DNA from: a virus
Direction: 5' to 3' (one strand)
IMG/VR virus record: IMGVR_UViG_3300029915_000731
Span: 36,341-100,340 of that record
DNA: 64,000 nucleotides
The notes below the pieces were generated by a model. That model was not told where the DNA came from and ran no database searches. It saw nothing but the letters and a program-made list of their open reading frames with translations. Both the position numbers and the translations under genes were made by a program. This document shows, one piece after another, positions 8,365 to 19,591 of this stretch (position 1 is its first letter; every line of letters starts with the position of its first letter).

Positions 8365-11300
8365 ATGCCCAACGACCCAATCAACCCGGACGTTGCAAAG
8401 AAGCTATTGGAAGCCATGACCGCGTTGCTTAATGTAACCACCCTCCTTGGTGAAGGGTTGGGGGTGGTTGATGGACACATTAAAAAGGCCACTGATGAGG
8501 TGGATGATTTGGGGCGTTCTTTCAAAAATGTGATTAGTCTTGCTGACTCAGCCAAGGAACAGATGAAGGATATGCTGGGCTTTCTAAGGAAGACCGTAGA
8601 TGCCAACCGAATGGGGATACGGACACTTGCTGATGCTAAGAAACACTATGAGGATATTGCGGCCTTCGCTAGGAAAGCATTAACCACCGCTAAAGAAAAC
8701 TCTACTGAAGCCCTTGTTTTTAGACGGACATTGGAGGAGTGCGAACACACCCTGGAGGGGATTTCTAAGATTGCCAGTCAGGTAGGTAAGGGGTTGAGCA
8801 CTTCCCTGAAAGAGTGTAGTAGCGAATTCGATCCACTAGAGAAGGGTATGAAGCGTACTCTTGCGTTAATCGAGCAGATTTCCGATTCTGTGAAGGGGAT
8901 TAAGTTCGATAAGTTCACTCGTGGATTTCAATCAATTAACAATATGTTTGGACGGAGCGGCGGGCGAGTTGAAAAGTACACCCGTATGGCACGCAATGCA
9001 GATGATATTAAAGAGACAGCCACTGCAAGAGGGAAGACTAAATCGGCTGAGTTTGAATTGAAGAAAGCCAGGTTTGACAAGATACTGAATCACCACAGCG
9101 TGAGGAAGAAGTTAGAAGAAGAAAGCCCTGAGATTTTTAAAAATGGGGAGATTCTCCAACCCGATAAGATATTTGAAAATGACCGCGTACGTAAAGCCGC
9201 CATGAAAATACTTAACCCAAAGGCAGGTTTTTTTGACAGGAGAGCTACCGAGGGTCTTCTTCGTAAGGGGGGAATGAGTGCGTTAGACCCTGGTGGGCGT
9301 TTAGCTTTAGGTGGTGGCTCCGCTACCGAGGCAATGTTTGGCGAGGGTGAAGCTGCTCTGGCGGGGGGTCTCTCCACGTTAATGGGGAGAGCCGCACTTC
9401 CACTCGCTATTGGGGGTGCTGCCTTCTCAGGTGTTAAAAAAGTTGTAGATGCCTCAGCTCAGCAGAGTAAGGGGATAGAAAAGGACCTTGGAAAGGGGGG
9501 GATTTTTACCGGAAGTGACTCTGGTGGGGACAGCATGCAGAATGTGAAGAACAACCTACGTGCGTGGGGATTTAACGGTGGCAGGGTTACCACCGAGCGG
9601 CAGCAAGCCGTAGCGGCAGCTATGGTCAATAACGGAATGGCGGTCACTAACTTAGGTCACGCGGGTAACACTATGGCCGATGGACACGCCGGGGCGATAT
9701 CCGACATCGGCGACATCGCCATGAACCACGCCCGTGAGTTTGGACTAACTGATACCGAAGGTACCGAAGCAATTATCAAGCTTCTCCACGGTTACCAAAT
9801 GACCATGCAAGGAACCCAGCGGTTCTTCCAGCAAATGGGTAAGTCAATTGCCTCATCTGGTATCAGTACGATGAAATACCTACAAATTATTGATGATGTA
9901 ACCAGTCAGTTCGACCGAATGGGTAAGTCGATTGGTAATACCACCTCAATTCTCCGTGTACTTGGTCAGTCAGGTACCTCTACTTTTGATGATTTGAAGG
10001 ATGAGTTGAGTGCTTTGATTGGTACAGAGAAGTCCCACGAGCAGAAGGCGTTCCTCACCCAAAGTATGACCCCATGGGAGAGGGAGGGACTTGGAAAGGA
10101 GTTGGATGCCACTGCGGACAACGCGGCTGAGAATTTTCGTGAAGCTCTCAAAAACGCCGCAGGTTCTATCCTCAAAGACAAAGAAGGGGATAGTGACGAG
10201 AAGAAAGCGGACAATTTGGCAAAACGGAACGCCCTTGAGAATGCCCCCCTATCCACCGCAGAGGAAATCAACAAAGCGATGATTATGTACTCCAATGCGG
10301 GGGGAAATAAAGAGGGGGATGCCAACACCAACCAGTTATCTAGTTTGCAGAAGATTGCTATCGCTTCGCGGGTAAATGCTAATGGTATAAAGGGAGACGC
10401 TGTCAACGCATCCTTCCTGAACGACTTCATGCCCACAACGAATGAGAGCAAGATGGCAATGCAGCTACAGGCGTACAGAGTATCCGCGAAAGCGGCGGGG
10501 TTGAATCTCGGGGATGTTGCGAATAATGAGAATTTACTTACCCACGGGCACGCCGCCGCTGTTATGAGTTCAACCGCCTCGGCTTTAGGTGTGACTGATG
10601 CTGAGAAGAAGAATATCCTCCCGATGATGCAGGGTATTCAGAAGATCGCCAACTCCACCTTTGATGAAGTCTCCCAACACGGGGAGGAAGCTACAGGGAA
10701 GGACAAGGAAGAGTTTGAACGCCTCGCAGAGGCGATGTTGAAGAATGCCGAAGGTGGTCCAATAGCGAAGGATAAGGATAAAACTGCGATACAAACCCTA
10801 AAAAACAACCCTGGTTACTGGATGGCTGTCAAACAAGGGTATAACAGGTATATTGCAAACACCCCCGCCGAACTTCAGAAGGTGGTGGGGGAGAACTCAG
10901 TCGTTAGTCGGTCTCAGAAGGCACATAATGAAGAGACAGCAGGAGAGCAATACGCCAAAGTCGTGGGGATCGCCAACTCTGTCGAAAGTTCGGAAGACCT
11001 CTTGAAGGGGATTAAGGAAGCATTAACTGGATCAATAAGTAATGTGCTTACCGATACATATGAGGTCTTACGTAAGCAATTCGGCGATGCTGAACCAGAG
11101 TTAGACAAGCGACTGAAAAACCAAGACTACCGGAAAGATGAGGATTTCCTGAGCGCCATGGCGGGTAGTAAATTGAAAGACATTATGGTGGAGATGAGTC
11201 CGGCCATAGAGGGTCATGCAGGAGACGAGGGCGGCAATGGAGCAATCGAAAAACGCGCTGCGGTTAACGAGAGCGTCGGGGACATCGTCAAAGAACTCAT

Positions 11301-11721
11301 GAATTTGAAAGAAAAATACAAGAGCGGACATGCTAGCGATGCGGAGACAGCTAGGCTCAAGGAGTTAACCTCCCCTGAGTTCATCAACCGTATTGTGGGT
11401 TCCTTCAAAGGACTAGGGAAGGCAGGTGACGAAATCGCCGAGGCTTTGCGTAAGCAATTTGTGGACGCGGGGGGAGTAATTAAAAAGGATGCACTTCCAG
11501 ATGTGCAGGACCCTGTAGCTAATGAAAGCCAAGGCACTAAGGCGGTTAATGCGGCGGCGCTTGCGATCAAACGGCGGAAACTATTGGGGGAGGTCGCTGC
11601 GGTGGGAGATACTATTACTAATAATACTACTACTTATCAGGGTCCACAGCCGCTTCGCGCATCTCACCCCCAAACACTCAAAGACCCAAGCGAGACGGTT
11701 GTTCAATGGTGGCCGAATTGA
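8365..11721 (+). CDS. Tape-measure-like protein
   Basis: 1118 aa, Ala/Gly/Lys-rich and helical-looking, with a hydrophobic Gly/Ala stretch; precedes hub/baseplate genes. Confidence 0.65.
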   Translation: MPNDPINPDVAKKLLEAMTALLNVTTLLGEGLGVVDGHIKKATDEVDDLGRSFKNVISLADSAKEQMKDMLGFLRKTVDANRMGIRTLADAKKHYEDIAAFARKALTTAKENSTEALVFRRTLEECEHTLEGISKIASQVGKGLSTSLKECSSEFDPLEKGMKRTLALIEQISDSVKGIKFDKFTRGFQSINNMFGRSGGRVEKYTRMARNADDIKETATARGKTKSAEFELKKARFDKILNHHSVRKKLEEESPEIFKNGEILQPDKIFENDRVRKAAMKILNPKAGFFDRRATEGLLRKGGMSALDPGGRLALGGGSATEAMFGEGEAALAGGLSTLMGRAALPLAIGGAAFSGVKKVVDASAQQSKGIEKDLGKGGIFTGSDSGGDSMQNVKNNLRAWGFNGGRVTTERQQAVAAAMVNNGMAVTNLGHAGNTMADGHAGAISDIGDIAMNHAREFGLTDTEGTEAIIKLLHGYQMTMQGTQRFFQQMGKSIASSGISTMKYLQIIDDVTSQFDRMGKSIGNTTSILRVLGQSGTSTFDDLKDELSALIGTEKSHEQKAFLTQSMTPWEREGLGKELDATADNAAENFREALKNAAGSILKDKEGDSDEKKADNLAKRNALENAPLSTAEEINKAMIMYSNAGGNKEGDANTNQLSSLQKIAIASRVNANGIKGDAVNASFLNDFMPTTNESKMAMQLQAYRVSAKAAGLNLGDVANNENLLTHGHAAAVMSSTASALGVTDAEKKNILPMMQGIQKIANSTFDEVSQHGEEATGKDKEEFERLAEAMLKNAEGGPIAKDKDKTAIQTLKNNPGYWMAVKQGYNRYIANTPAELQKVVGENSVVSRSQKAHNEETAGEQYAKVVGIANSVESSEDLLKGIKEALTGSISNVLTDTYEVLRKQFGDAEPELDKRLKNQDYRKDEDFLSAMAGSKLKDIMVEMSPAIEGHAGDEGGNGAIEKRAAVNESVGDIVKELMNLKEKYKSGHASDAETARLKELTSPEFINRIVGSFKGLGKAGDEIAEALRKQFVDAGGVIKKDALPDVQDPVANESQGTKAVNAAALAIKRRKLLGEVAAVGDTITNNTTTYQGPQPLRASHPQTLKDPSETVVQWWPN

Positions 11722-11816
11722 AAGCTTCACTGGCCAACAAGAAGGCTGCAAAGGCTGGTAAGTAACGACATCGTGGGTTTGGCTCCGGCGGTTCCGCCGT
11801 GGGCATCGGAGGGTAA

Positions 11817-13217
11817 ATGGCTAAATCGACTTACACAGGAACGCAGTATAACTACCAGCAGCTTCAGAAGCTCTGGACAGATAACGGGGGAGATGAGAGT
11901 GTAGCCCCACTGATGGCTTCAATTGCATTGGCAGAGTCTAGCAATGGAAGCCCAAATGGTAGTTATTCAGGTGCCTTCAACCCCAATGATGCACATGGGG
12001 GCTCTACCGGGATATGGCAAATCAATAGCTACGGGAGCACAGACCCAAATGTCAACGCCACGCAGGCCGTTGCCAAATACAATACGCAAGGATTGAATGC
12101 TTGGGGGTCATACACCAACGGCTCCTATATGAAGTTTGACCCCAATGGAGTGGGGCAGTCAGAGGCTGCGACGGCCTCAAATAACAATGCCAGCGGCACC
12201 GCAATAAACCCCGGCTCGGATTTTAAAACAGCGGATGGGTACCAAACACTTACTGAAAATGGTGCCAGTGCAACAGTGGTGGAACCCACTGTGGTTGTAA
12301 ACACAGGTTTGGATGTCACTCCTTGGTATAATGACACCGCTTTGATAACCGGGAACCCTCGCCTTAGAAAAGAAGTGGTTCCTGTGGTATTCGAGATTGT
12401 GCTGCATGACAACCACACCGGGAGTGACTTCACGTTATCAAGTCAGGGGAAGACGGGGAATGCTATCGACATTCAGTTGAACGCCTCGATGACTAGTTTC
12501 AGCATCAACTCGAAGCACATATTCCACAATCAGCGAACGCGAACAGGGTTTCATATCACTCTGTGGGGTATGCAAGCTGACATGATTGAGGGCAAGTGCT
12601 CGACAGGAGTGTTCATGAATCAACTCGGGTTGACTGATTTTTTTAGCACCTCAACCATGAGTGACCAAATGAAGAAGTTGGTGACCAGTGGGTTCTCCCT
12701 AAGAGAGAACCCCAGCACGTATAACAAAACTACCAAGCAGACGGCACTTCTTAAGGCTGGGGGAGACCTCGGGGGCACATTTGTGGGCGGTGCTGTTAAT
12801 AAGGGGGACTATGACACCATCGTCAACAAGCAGACTAAACAACCACAGGAGGCCTTCCGCGTGGCTGCACAGGATGCATTCCAAGAGTTCCTATCTCTAT
12901 TCAAGAATAATGGAATTGTGTGGAATACAGGGGGGAAGGTACCAACGGGGGGAAATGGTAGTACAACAAATCCCGGGAGTGTCGTTCAGTCATGGTCGGC
13001 TAGCAACGGGGTATCCTCCGCTCAATTACTGGCAAGAAACAACGACGTTCTTAGCCGTGGTCATGTACTCATGAAATTTAAAAACACAGCGTACTCAGGG
13101 TACTTCAAAACTTTGAGTTGGCAAATAGACGCCAGCAAACCGTATTCTTTTGATTTTTCATTTACTTTTCAGGTAGAGAGTACAATGAGCATTCTCTATA
13201 CCCCAAAGAATGGGTAA
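11817..13217 (+). CDS. Tail/baseplate protein with N-terminal lytic-transglycosylase (SLT/lysozyme-like) domain
   Basis: SIALAESS...GIWQIN...DPNVNA...GLNAW pattern with the catalytic Glu in ES. Confidence 0.7.
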   Translation: MAKSTYTGTQYNYQQLQKLWTDNGGDESVAPLMASIALAESSNGSPNGSYSGAFNPNDAHGGSTGIWQINSYGSTDPNVNATQAVAKYNTQGLNAWGSYTNGSYMKFDPNGVGQSEAATASNNNASGTAINPGSDFKTADGYQTLTENGASATVVEPTVVVNTGLDVTPWYNDTALITGNPRLRKEVVPVVFEIVLHDNHTGSDFTLSSQGKTGNAIDIQLNASMTSFSINSKHIFHNQRTRTGFHITLWGMQADMIEGKCSTGVFMNQLGLTDFFSTSTMSDQMKKLVTSGFSLRENPSTYNKTTKQTALLKAGGDLGGTFVGGAVNKGDYDTIVNKQTKQPQEAFRVAAQDAFQEFLSLFKNNGIVWNTGGKVPTGGNGSTTNPGSVVQSWSASNGVSSAQLLARNNDVLSRGHVLMKFKNTAYSGYFKTLSWQIDASKPYSFDFSFTFQVESTMSILYTPKNG

Positions 13218-13220
13218 ATT

Positions 13221-14189
13221 ATGGCCATTAACCCCGCTCCCCCTAACGACGTGATACAACTCCCATTACGGGGAGAGAAACGGTTCGCCCCGTTTAGCGT
13301 CGATGTCAATTCCCTAAATAAAACGATAGGCACCCCTGACAATTCTGTAGAGTCGGGTGACTTTCTTGTTACCGCCGCGAAGAAGTCTTTTTTCTCTGAC
13401 TACATCAAAGTTAGGATTCCCCATCGTGGTGTGGATTCTAACGGCAAGAGTAGCACCTCGCTTGACGCAATCTACCATTTCCTTATCAACCCTGCCACCC
13501 TTAATGTAACCCGGCAGACTGTGGATGCACAGGCATTCACTCGCGGCGGCTGGCAGTTTGGTGTTTGGGGTGAGGATGTAGTTACCATTTCGATGACCGG
13601 GCAGTCGGCGGGGCAATATTTTACTCTCGGTCTCACTGATGAGTTCCAACCGTACGCTAAGTCGTACAGAAATCTTCAGCAATTGGTTATTTTCTATGAA
13701 AATAATGGGTATTGGTTTGAAGGGGAGGAAGCAAACGAAGGACCGCTAGCTCCCGGATTCACTCGTCGTCGGATTAAATCACACCAAGATGTGGAACTAA
13801 CAGTGGGGAACTCAGTGTGGTCAGGGATGTTTGATACCCTTACGGTGTCGCAGGATGCCACACGACCATTTGTGGTGAACTTTACTATCAGTTTTGTTGC
13901 GTGGAAGGAGCGCTTCCTCACCAGCTCTCCTTACAAAAACACGATAATGAATGGTGTCCAGAGGGGGCATTTTTACCAAGTACCCCCGACGACTCCCCCA
14001 GTTCCACCTAGTATCCCACCCACTCCGGTAGCTACTTCTCAACCCCCCTCGAATGTGAATTCAAGTAGCACCGCAGTTCAAGTAGCTGCGGCAGGTAATT
14101 CAAACACACTGGGTAATTATGGTGCGGGGACGCTGGGAGACTATGAAACCAACCCTTTGATTACCCCATTCGATTCTGGAGGTAGTTAA
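13221..14189 (+). CDS. Putative baseplate/tail-tube initiator protein
   Basis: FLINPATLNV...TRGGW...WGED...ISMTG pattern resembling the C-terminal domain of the previous gene; position in the operon. Confidence 0.5.
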   Translation: MAINPAPPNDVIQLPLRGEKRFAPFSVDVNSLNKTIGTPDNSVESGDFLVTAAKKSFFSDYIKVRIPHRGVDSNGKSSTSLDAIYHFLINPATLNVTRQTVDAQAFTRGGWQFGVWGEDVVTISMTGQSAGQYFTLGLTDEFQPYAKSYRNLQQLVIFYENNGYWFEGEEANEGPLAPGFTRRRIKSHQDVELTVGNSVWSGMFDTLTVSQDATRPFVVNFTISFVAWKERFLTSSPYKNTIMNGVQRGHFYQVPPTTPPVPPSIPPTPVATSQPPSNVNSSSTAVQVAAAGNSNTLGNYGAGTLGDYETNPLITPFDSGGS

Positions 14190-17188
14190 TGTTAACTTCA
14201 GTGACTCGCAACATTAGTCAGACGGTACAGGAGCGGGAGATAGTTAAAACCTGCCCGGATATCATCGTGTACATCAAGGGCACTCCATACCTTCAAAACC
14301 CGTATATTTACAATGCCAACCAACCCAAGAATAAACAATTCACGGTTGTTCCTTTTAACGACCATGTGGTGGCATTCTCAGCCTCTTTTGATGTTGACCA
14401 GCTTACGCCCTCGGCCATGCTAACCTTGACCGTCCCTAACCACTCAAAGCATCTATATCAATCACCGGGCGGCAACAACCTTATTGAGACGATGCAGCCA
14501 ATTCAGGTTTTTGCAAAGGGGTACTTTCCCTCGTCCAACGGAAATACCGTGTATCGCAGAATCTTCAAAGGGCTGATTTCTAGTGTATCCCACACGGATA
14601 ATGGGACTATTTTGGACATCTCAATTCAGTGTCTTGGGATTATGCACCTACTTGAGTTGACCCAAATAGAACTCAATGCTGCGTTACTCTCTAACTCTGC
14701 AAAGGAAGTAACCCCCAACTCCACAAACCAAGCCGGGTTGACCCCATACCTCGCGTTAGCTGACACGTTTCTACGTGCAGTCGGTTTTGATGGTTTTCAA
14801 ATTGCTAGTTTAAGCGGTGCGACAAGCAACGGTAACGGCAGTGTCAATCCAAACAGTCAGAATCCAAATTTGGGCTCTACGTCCGGGGATGGGAACAAGA
14901 GCGACTGGGTTGACTCAGTTAAGGCTAACTACATTTCGGCGTGGCAGAAGATGTTGTCTGACCTCCAAAAGGATGTCTATATTTTAGGCATCCGCCCCTT
15001 TGATGTTGCCACAATGGGCACCAACGGTCTTGCAGCCCCAGTCGAACAAGGAAAAATGGGGCCTGACAGTGCGGCTTCGAGGGGGGTGGTCACAGCTAAA
15101 ATCTCGGCAATTGACCAAGCCAATCAAGGGGATTACTACGTCGATGTTATCCGCAGTTACCTCCCCGAGATGTCAATAGGTTCCATTAAGTTGATGGATG
15201 GTAGCACCACCTCACGACTGGAGAGAATTCGAACTCTCACTAATCTCCTCAACTACGAGGGGTATCAGGACGTGGATGGAGCCATTGTGTTTAAGCCACC
15301 ATTTTACAACCTTGATGTTACTGAGGTTGGAAACATCAATTTGGATGGAACCAACTTTCCCTCCCCTGGCTCTGTCACAATCACGAATGACACCAATCCG
15401 TTTGTGATAAATCTGAGCGAGATCGAAACTGAGTCGGAGACTGAAGACCAGTCAGCGATTAAAGAGACCAGCGTGGTGGTTCAACCCGACTGGCTGCCTA
15501 ATTTTCATTTCGACGGAGATAAGAAGAAGCTCCCATGGTCGCGTCACATCGACGTTTTCAAATTGGCTAAGTTTGGGCTCAGAGAACAACCCGCCCGTCA
15601 GTTGCCATTCCTTGGAGTAAACGACAAGATGGTGTTGTATACCTATGCGGTAAGTGAGCTGAATAGAGCCAACCGTGGGTACCGTCAATACACCATGACT
15701 ATACCGCTTCGTCCTGAATTGAAACTCGGATTTCCGATGTACATCCCGCATAAGGATATGTATGGGTATATCAAAACCATCAGCTTCAGCTACAATTTTG
15801 GAGCGGCGGCAACGACAACAGTGATGTTGGATACCATCCGTAAACGTCCGATGTTTCCGGCTACCGATGCCAGCGGAAATACCATCTACACCACACAGAA
15901 GAATTTGGTAATGAAGTGGACAACCCCACCCCCACCCGCTGCCACTTCCTTGAGCACGGCTCTTAGTTTGGCAGGAGTGAGTCAATACTCGTACAGTTCA
16001 TTAGGCACTAACCCATCTTCTTCGGGGTGTACTACATCAGACGACCCACAGGCAAATTGGTTAGGGAATCCGGCGACCTCTCGGCAACCCTCATCTAAGC
16101 CTGTCTACTCTGAAGAGTGGGAGGTAATCGACAACCGCCGCACGCAGATGGGCACTACTTGGTCAACTCGCATTGATACACGTACTAATAGTTTCAGGCC
16201 TCAGAATGATAAGGCGACGGCTGAGGACGCCACATTTACAGGCACCGGACCAACAGGGGCAAAAGTGACCATCTCGACACAAATTGAAGTTGGGAAACCC
16301 TTCTTCTCCGCAGATAATTGGGCAAAAGCAAAAGATACAACGACCACGGTCGGCGGAGGCAGCGACCCAACCACCAACTCAGCCACTGTAGCTCAACTTA
16401 CTACCAATTTGGCCGCAGCTCAGAAAAGGTCTGATGATGCTATAGCTGCTTTGGCGGTTAACTCCATGCAGTCTTCACATGCGGTTGGAACGACAAACAG
16501 CAGCGCCCAGAAAGCGGCTCAAACAGAGGTAGCAGCAGCAGCGGCAGACCTAGCTACAGTTCAAGCGGCTCTTGCCAAGGCACAGGCTACGCCTTCTGAT
16601 ACGACTCAAGGAGTTAAAGCGGGAACCAAGACAGCCACTGGGGTCAACGTCGTATACATGCAGAAAATTTTGAACTGCCAGCCGCTTACCGATGAGAAGG
16701 GGTACGAGGTTGTAACCCCATTCCCTTGGGGTCGTTGGAAGTCCCTGACTCAGGCTATCCATGAGACTCGACTTGGTCAGATTGCATATAGTACGGATGC
16801 TAATGGGGTTTCAACCGACGTTTCAAACCCACAAGGTGCGACAACTATATCCGGGGTGAACACTTTCATTTTTGCTGGGGCGGATATGACCGGACTCTCC
16901 AGTATGGACCCATCCACTTTGATGAGTCAGGCTCTCAATAACACTGGAACCACAGCACAGGATGCTATTTTTGAATTGGTAACCCCCACCCTTGGAGGGA
17001 CTGACTCCTCATTGAGTACATCAGCGCAACCCGACTTACAGGCTCTGCAAACCTCGCTCACTGATGACGAGGCAAATAGAACTAAGATGTTTATTAGTGG
17101 TCAAGCCCCAGTGTCAGATACCCTTGACGCTAGCTTGAACACGATCACCGACGCTCAAACCGGGAAGTCCTCGGTGTATGGTCACTAA
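14189..17188 (+). CDS. Putative baseplate hub protein
   Basis: RIFKGLISSVSH, EGYQDVDGAIVFKPPFYN, KFGLR and PLRPELKLGFP motifs typical of gp27/gpD-like hubs; precedes the spike-like gene. Confidence 0.6.
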   Translation: MLTSVTRNISQTVQEREIVKTCPDIIVYIKGTPYLQNPYIYNANQPKNKQFTVVPFNDHVVAFSASFDVDQLTPSAMLTLTVPNHSKHLYQSPGGNNLIETMQPIQVFAKGYFPSSNGNTVYRRIFKGLISSVSHTDNGTILDISIQCLGIMHLLELTQIELNAALLSNSAKEVTPNSTNQAGLTPYLALADTFLRAVGFDGFQIASLSGATSNGNGSVNPNSQNPNLGSTSGDGNKSDWVDSVKANYISAWQKMLSDLQKDVYILGIRPFDVATMGTNGLAAPVEQGKMGPDSAASRGVVTAKISAIDQANQGDYYVDVIRSYLPEMSIGSIKLMDGSTTSRLERIRTLTNLLNYEGYQDVDGAIVFKPPFYNLDVTEVGNINLDGTNFPSPGSVTITNDTNPFVINLSEIETESETEDQSAIKETSVVVQPDWLPNFHFDGDKKKLPWSRHIDVFKLAKFGLREQPARQLPFLGVNDKMVLYTYAVSELNRANRGYRQYTMTIPLRPELKLGFPMYIPHKDMYGYIKTISFSYNFGAAATTTVMLDTIRKRPMFPATDASGNTIYTTQKNLVMKWTTPPPPAATSLSTALSLAGVSQYSYSSLGTNPSSSGCTTSDDPQANWLGNPATSRQPSSKPVYSEEWEVIDNRRTQMGTTWSTRIDTRTNSFRPQNDKATAEDATFTGTGPTGAKVTISTQIEVGKPFFSADNWAKAKDTTTTVGGGSDPTTNSATVAQLTTNLAAAQKRSDDAIAALAVNSMQSSHAVGTTNSSAQKAAQTEVAAAAADLATVQAALAKAQATPSDTTQGVKAGTKTATGVNVVYMQKILNCQPLTDEKGYEVVTPFPWGRWKSLTQAIHETRLGQIAYSTDANGVSTDVSNPQGATTISGVNTFIFAGADMTGLSSMDPSTLMSQALNNTGTTAQDAIFELVTPTLGGTDSSLSTSAQPDLQALQTSLTDDEANRTKMFISGQAPVSDTLDASLNTITDAQTGKSSVYGH

Positions 17189-17257
17189 GGAAAACACCCA
17201 ACCACCATCAGCAAAGTTTGTTAGATAGGTTATTTTGAAAAGGCAGTAATTAAAAGT

Positions 17258-19591
17258 ATGAGTTCTCATGATGACTACACCGTCTATAAGATGCCGATGT
17301 CGGCACCGACCCGGAATGATGCTATGTACCGGGTATTCCTCGCCACGGTTCTCACCGTGGATTACGAGCGAAAGGTGCTTACCCTTGAGAATACCAGCAC
17401 AGGGGTAGTTTACACTGAAGTTGCAGCCCTTCCGGCAAACGCTGATTCTTTCGAGTCCACCGATATTCAAATGCCGGAACAAGGCACAAACTGTCTAGCT
17501 GTCCCCCTTTTTTATCAGGGTGGTTATGTGCAGGTGGCCATCATCAATTACATGGCCTCGCAGACTACGAGAGCCATCGACAACATCGCCATGAAGTCGC
17601 TGCAAAATGTGGAAGGTTACAACGAGCGTAAGCGTGGTAACTACCGCAAGGCGTACCCCGGCCAGAAGACTGTTACCATGTCGCAGGGGTACACAGAGAA
17701 AATCGACATTGGTTGGGATAGGTCTTCTCAAGATTTATCCCGTGATAAATTGGACACCCACCGTCGTACTTGGACGCAGATTACCGGGCGTCGGGTTTCC
17801 TATACTGATGCAGGGTTGGTATTTCAGGGAGCGGTTAATCGCCCCGATGCTACGGGCGTCACCGGGGTCATACTCCCAGACGGCTCTAAGGAATTCGTAG
17901 TATACCTCACGCCGGGGGCTCAACCCACAGACCGTTACGTCTCAGGCAAGCAGGATGTTATCCCCTTCGTTGAGAACACAACTCGCGTGCAGGAGTTCGC
18001 CCTAGACTACCCACTTCCGAACGAGATTCTCCAGACCGATTTACTGGACACCGTGCTGGGCACGACAGCCAACCCGTGGAACCGCACCGTAGTGAAGACT
18101 CTAGGTGGGGTTTCCTACGACGACAACGCCTATCTCATCAACCAGACTTGGGATCATCCAACGCAGGGTAAGCCACTCGGGCCGACTATCGCAGAGGGAA
18201 TCACCCCTAAACGTCGCGGCTTCATGATTGAGAAGTCAGAAGGAACGCTGGTAGGTTACAACCGCTTCGACAAGGGAACTTACGGCAAGGTGCTGAAACC
18301 CGTCTACACCTCCATGGACGTTGCCGGGAGATTCGGAGCCAACTTCGACACAGGCTACAATGGCTGCACGGAGTCCACCGACCATGCGGAAGCCCGACTT
18401 GCGGCCTCGGCTTACTCAGTCCGTTTCGCCTACGAGTACAACACCACTCGCTGGGACATCACCAAGGAGGGATTGGTTCAGTTTGAAATTGGTGCAACCC
18501 TCCCCAAGGAAAACATCAAACTTCAGGGTGGATACGAGCACCCACATGGAGCAGGTCGCTCCATGGAAGGACACCTCGTTGGCTCACTGAAGCTAGTTGT
18601 TGGAAAGAATCGGGATGAGGAAGATGCAATTGATTTGCAAGCCCTTGGTCAGACAGTCCTCCGCCTTGGTGCGGATGATAGGTCGCTACCTGATAGGGGC
18701 CGCGTCGTCCATACCCAGAGTCGGGCTCAAGGGGACGCTTCAACTCCCCGTTCGCTCCAGTATTGGACTTCGCCAAAACTGAAGGCTGCCACGGGCTCCG
18801 ATAGTTACACGCTCGATGCCGGGAGTAAGACAGTGGGGGAGGGAATCTCCCTTCGTCTTGCTACGGATGGGGCTTTAGTGGGTCGTCTCGGGGCTCGTGA
18901 CCCCTTGGTAAAACGCCGCCATTTGATGAACGGTTATTCAGATGGACAGGGAACCCAAAAGGTGGATGTAAACTCAACTACACGGCAAGACTCACATTCC
19001 CCGGGTCGTCCAGCCTACCCAGCCGGGGACACGAACTACGTTTTCAATAAGCGGGACTTTACTCAGGTGGGTTCCCCGCAGATTAAGCCGAACCCGATGA
19101 TTCCCTACCAGCAATGGATGGGCGACCCACTCGCGGGTAAGGGGATGGATGCTCACGGGCTCTCGCTCGATTTACATCTTGTGAGTGACGCTCTTCTTCG
19201 CATCGGACAAAACCCAGCCAGCGGACAATCACTCATTCTCGACCTTGCAGGTGGTGTGGTTCTTGCGGCGGGAGTAGATAAGCAGGGACGCTCTCTAACG
19301 GCGCAACTCGATGGTGGGGTGGAAATGACCATCGGTTCTAACAAATCCAGCCGGGGACTTCGTATCGAAGTGAATGGGGATGTCGATTTTATGGTCAAAG
19401 GCAATCGTCACGACCATGTCACTGGGGTCTACACGCTGGAGTGCTCCGATTTCCGCCAGATTTCAAAAGTAAATCATATCGTTACGGCACAGAATGTCAG
19501 AACGATGGCTTTGGGGAGCATCTACAATGAGTCGCCTGATAACAGTTCGCACAGTGGTGGTTATGGTAATGGCGGGGGGAGTGTTCTCTAA
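17258..19591 (+). CDS. Putative baseplate central spike (gp5/gpV-like)
   Basis: N-terminal OB-fold-like ATVLTVDYERKVLTL...MPEQGTNC and C-terminal beta-repeat (IEVNGDVDFMVKGNRHDHVTG). Confidence 0.6.
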   Translation: MSSHDDYTVYKMPMSAPTRNDAMYRVFLATVLTVDYERKVLTLENTSTGVVYTEVAALPANADSFESTDIQMPEQGTNCLAVPLFYQGGYVQVAIINYMASQTTRAIDNIAMKSLQNVEGYNERKRGNYRKAYPGQKTVTMSQGYTEKIDIGWDRSSQDLSRDKLDTHRRTWTQITGRRVSYTDAGLVFQGAVNRPDATGVTGVILPDGSKEFVVYLTPGAQPTDRYVSGKQDVIPFVENTTRVQEFALDYPLPNEILQTDLLDTVLGTTANPWNRTVVKTLGGVSYDDNAYLINQTWDHPTQGKPLGPTIAEGITPKRRGFMIEKSEGTLVGYNRFDKGTYGKVLKPVYTSMDVAGRFGANFDTGYNGCTESTDHAEARLAASAYSVRFAYEYNTTRWDITKEGLVQFEIGATLPKENIKLQGGYEHPHGAGRSMEGHLVGSLKLVVGKNRDEEDAIDLQALGQTVLRLGADDRSLPDRGRVVHTQSRAQGDASTPRSLQYWTSPKLKAATGSDSYTLDAGSKTVGEGISLRLATDGALVGRLGARDPLVKRRHLMNGYSDGQGTQKVDVNSTTRQDSHSPGRPAYPAGDTNYVFNKRDFTQVGSPQIKPNPMIPYQQWMGDPLAGKGMDAHGLSLDLHLVSDALLRIGQNPASGQSLILDLAGGVVLAAGVDKQGRSLTAQLDGGVEMTIGSNKSSRGLRIEVNGDVDFMVKGNRHDHVTGVYTLECSDFRQISKVNHIVTAQNVRTMALGSIYNESPDNSSHSGGYGNGGGSVL

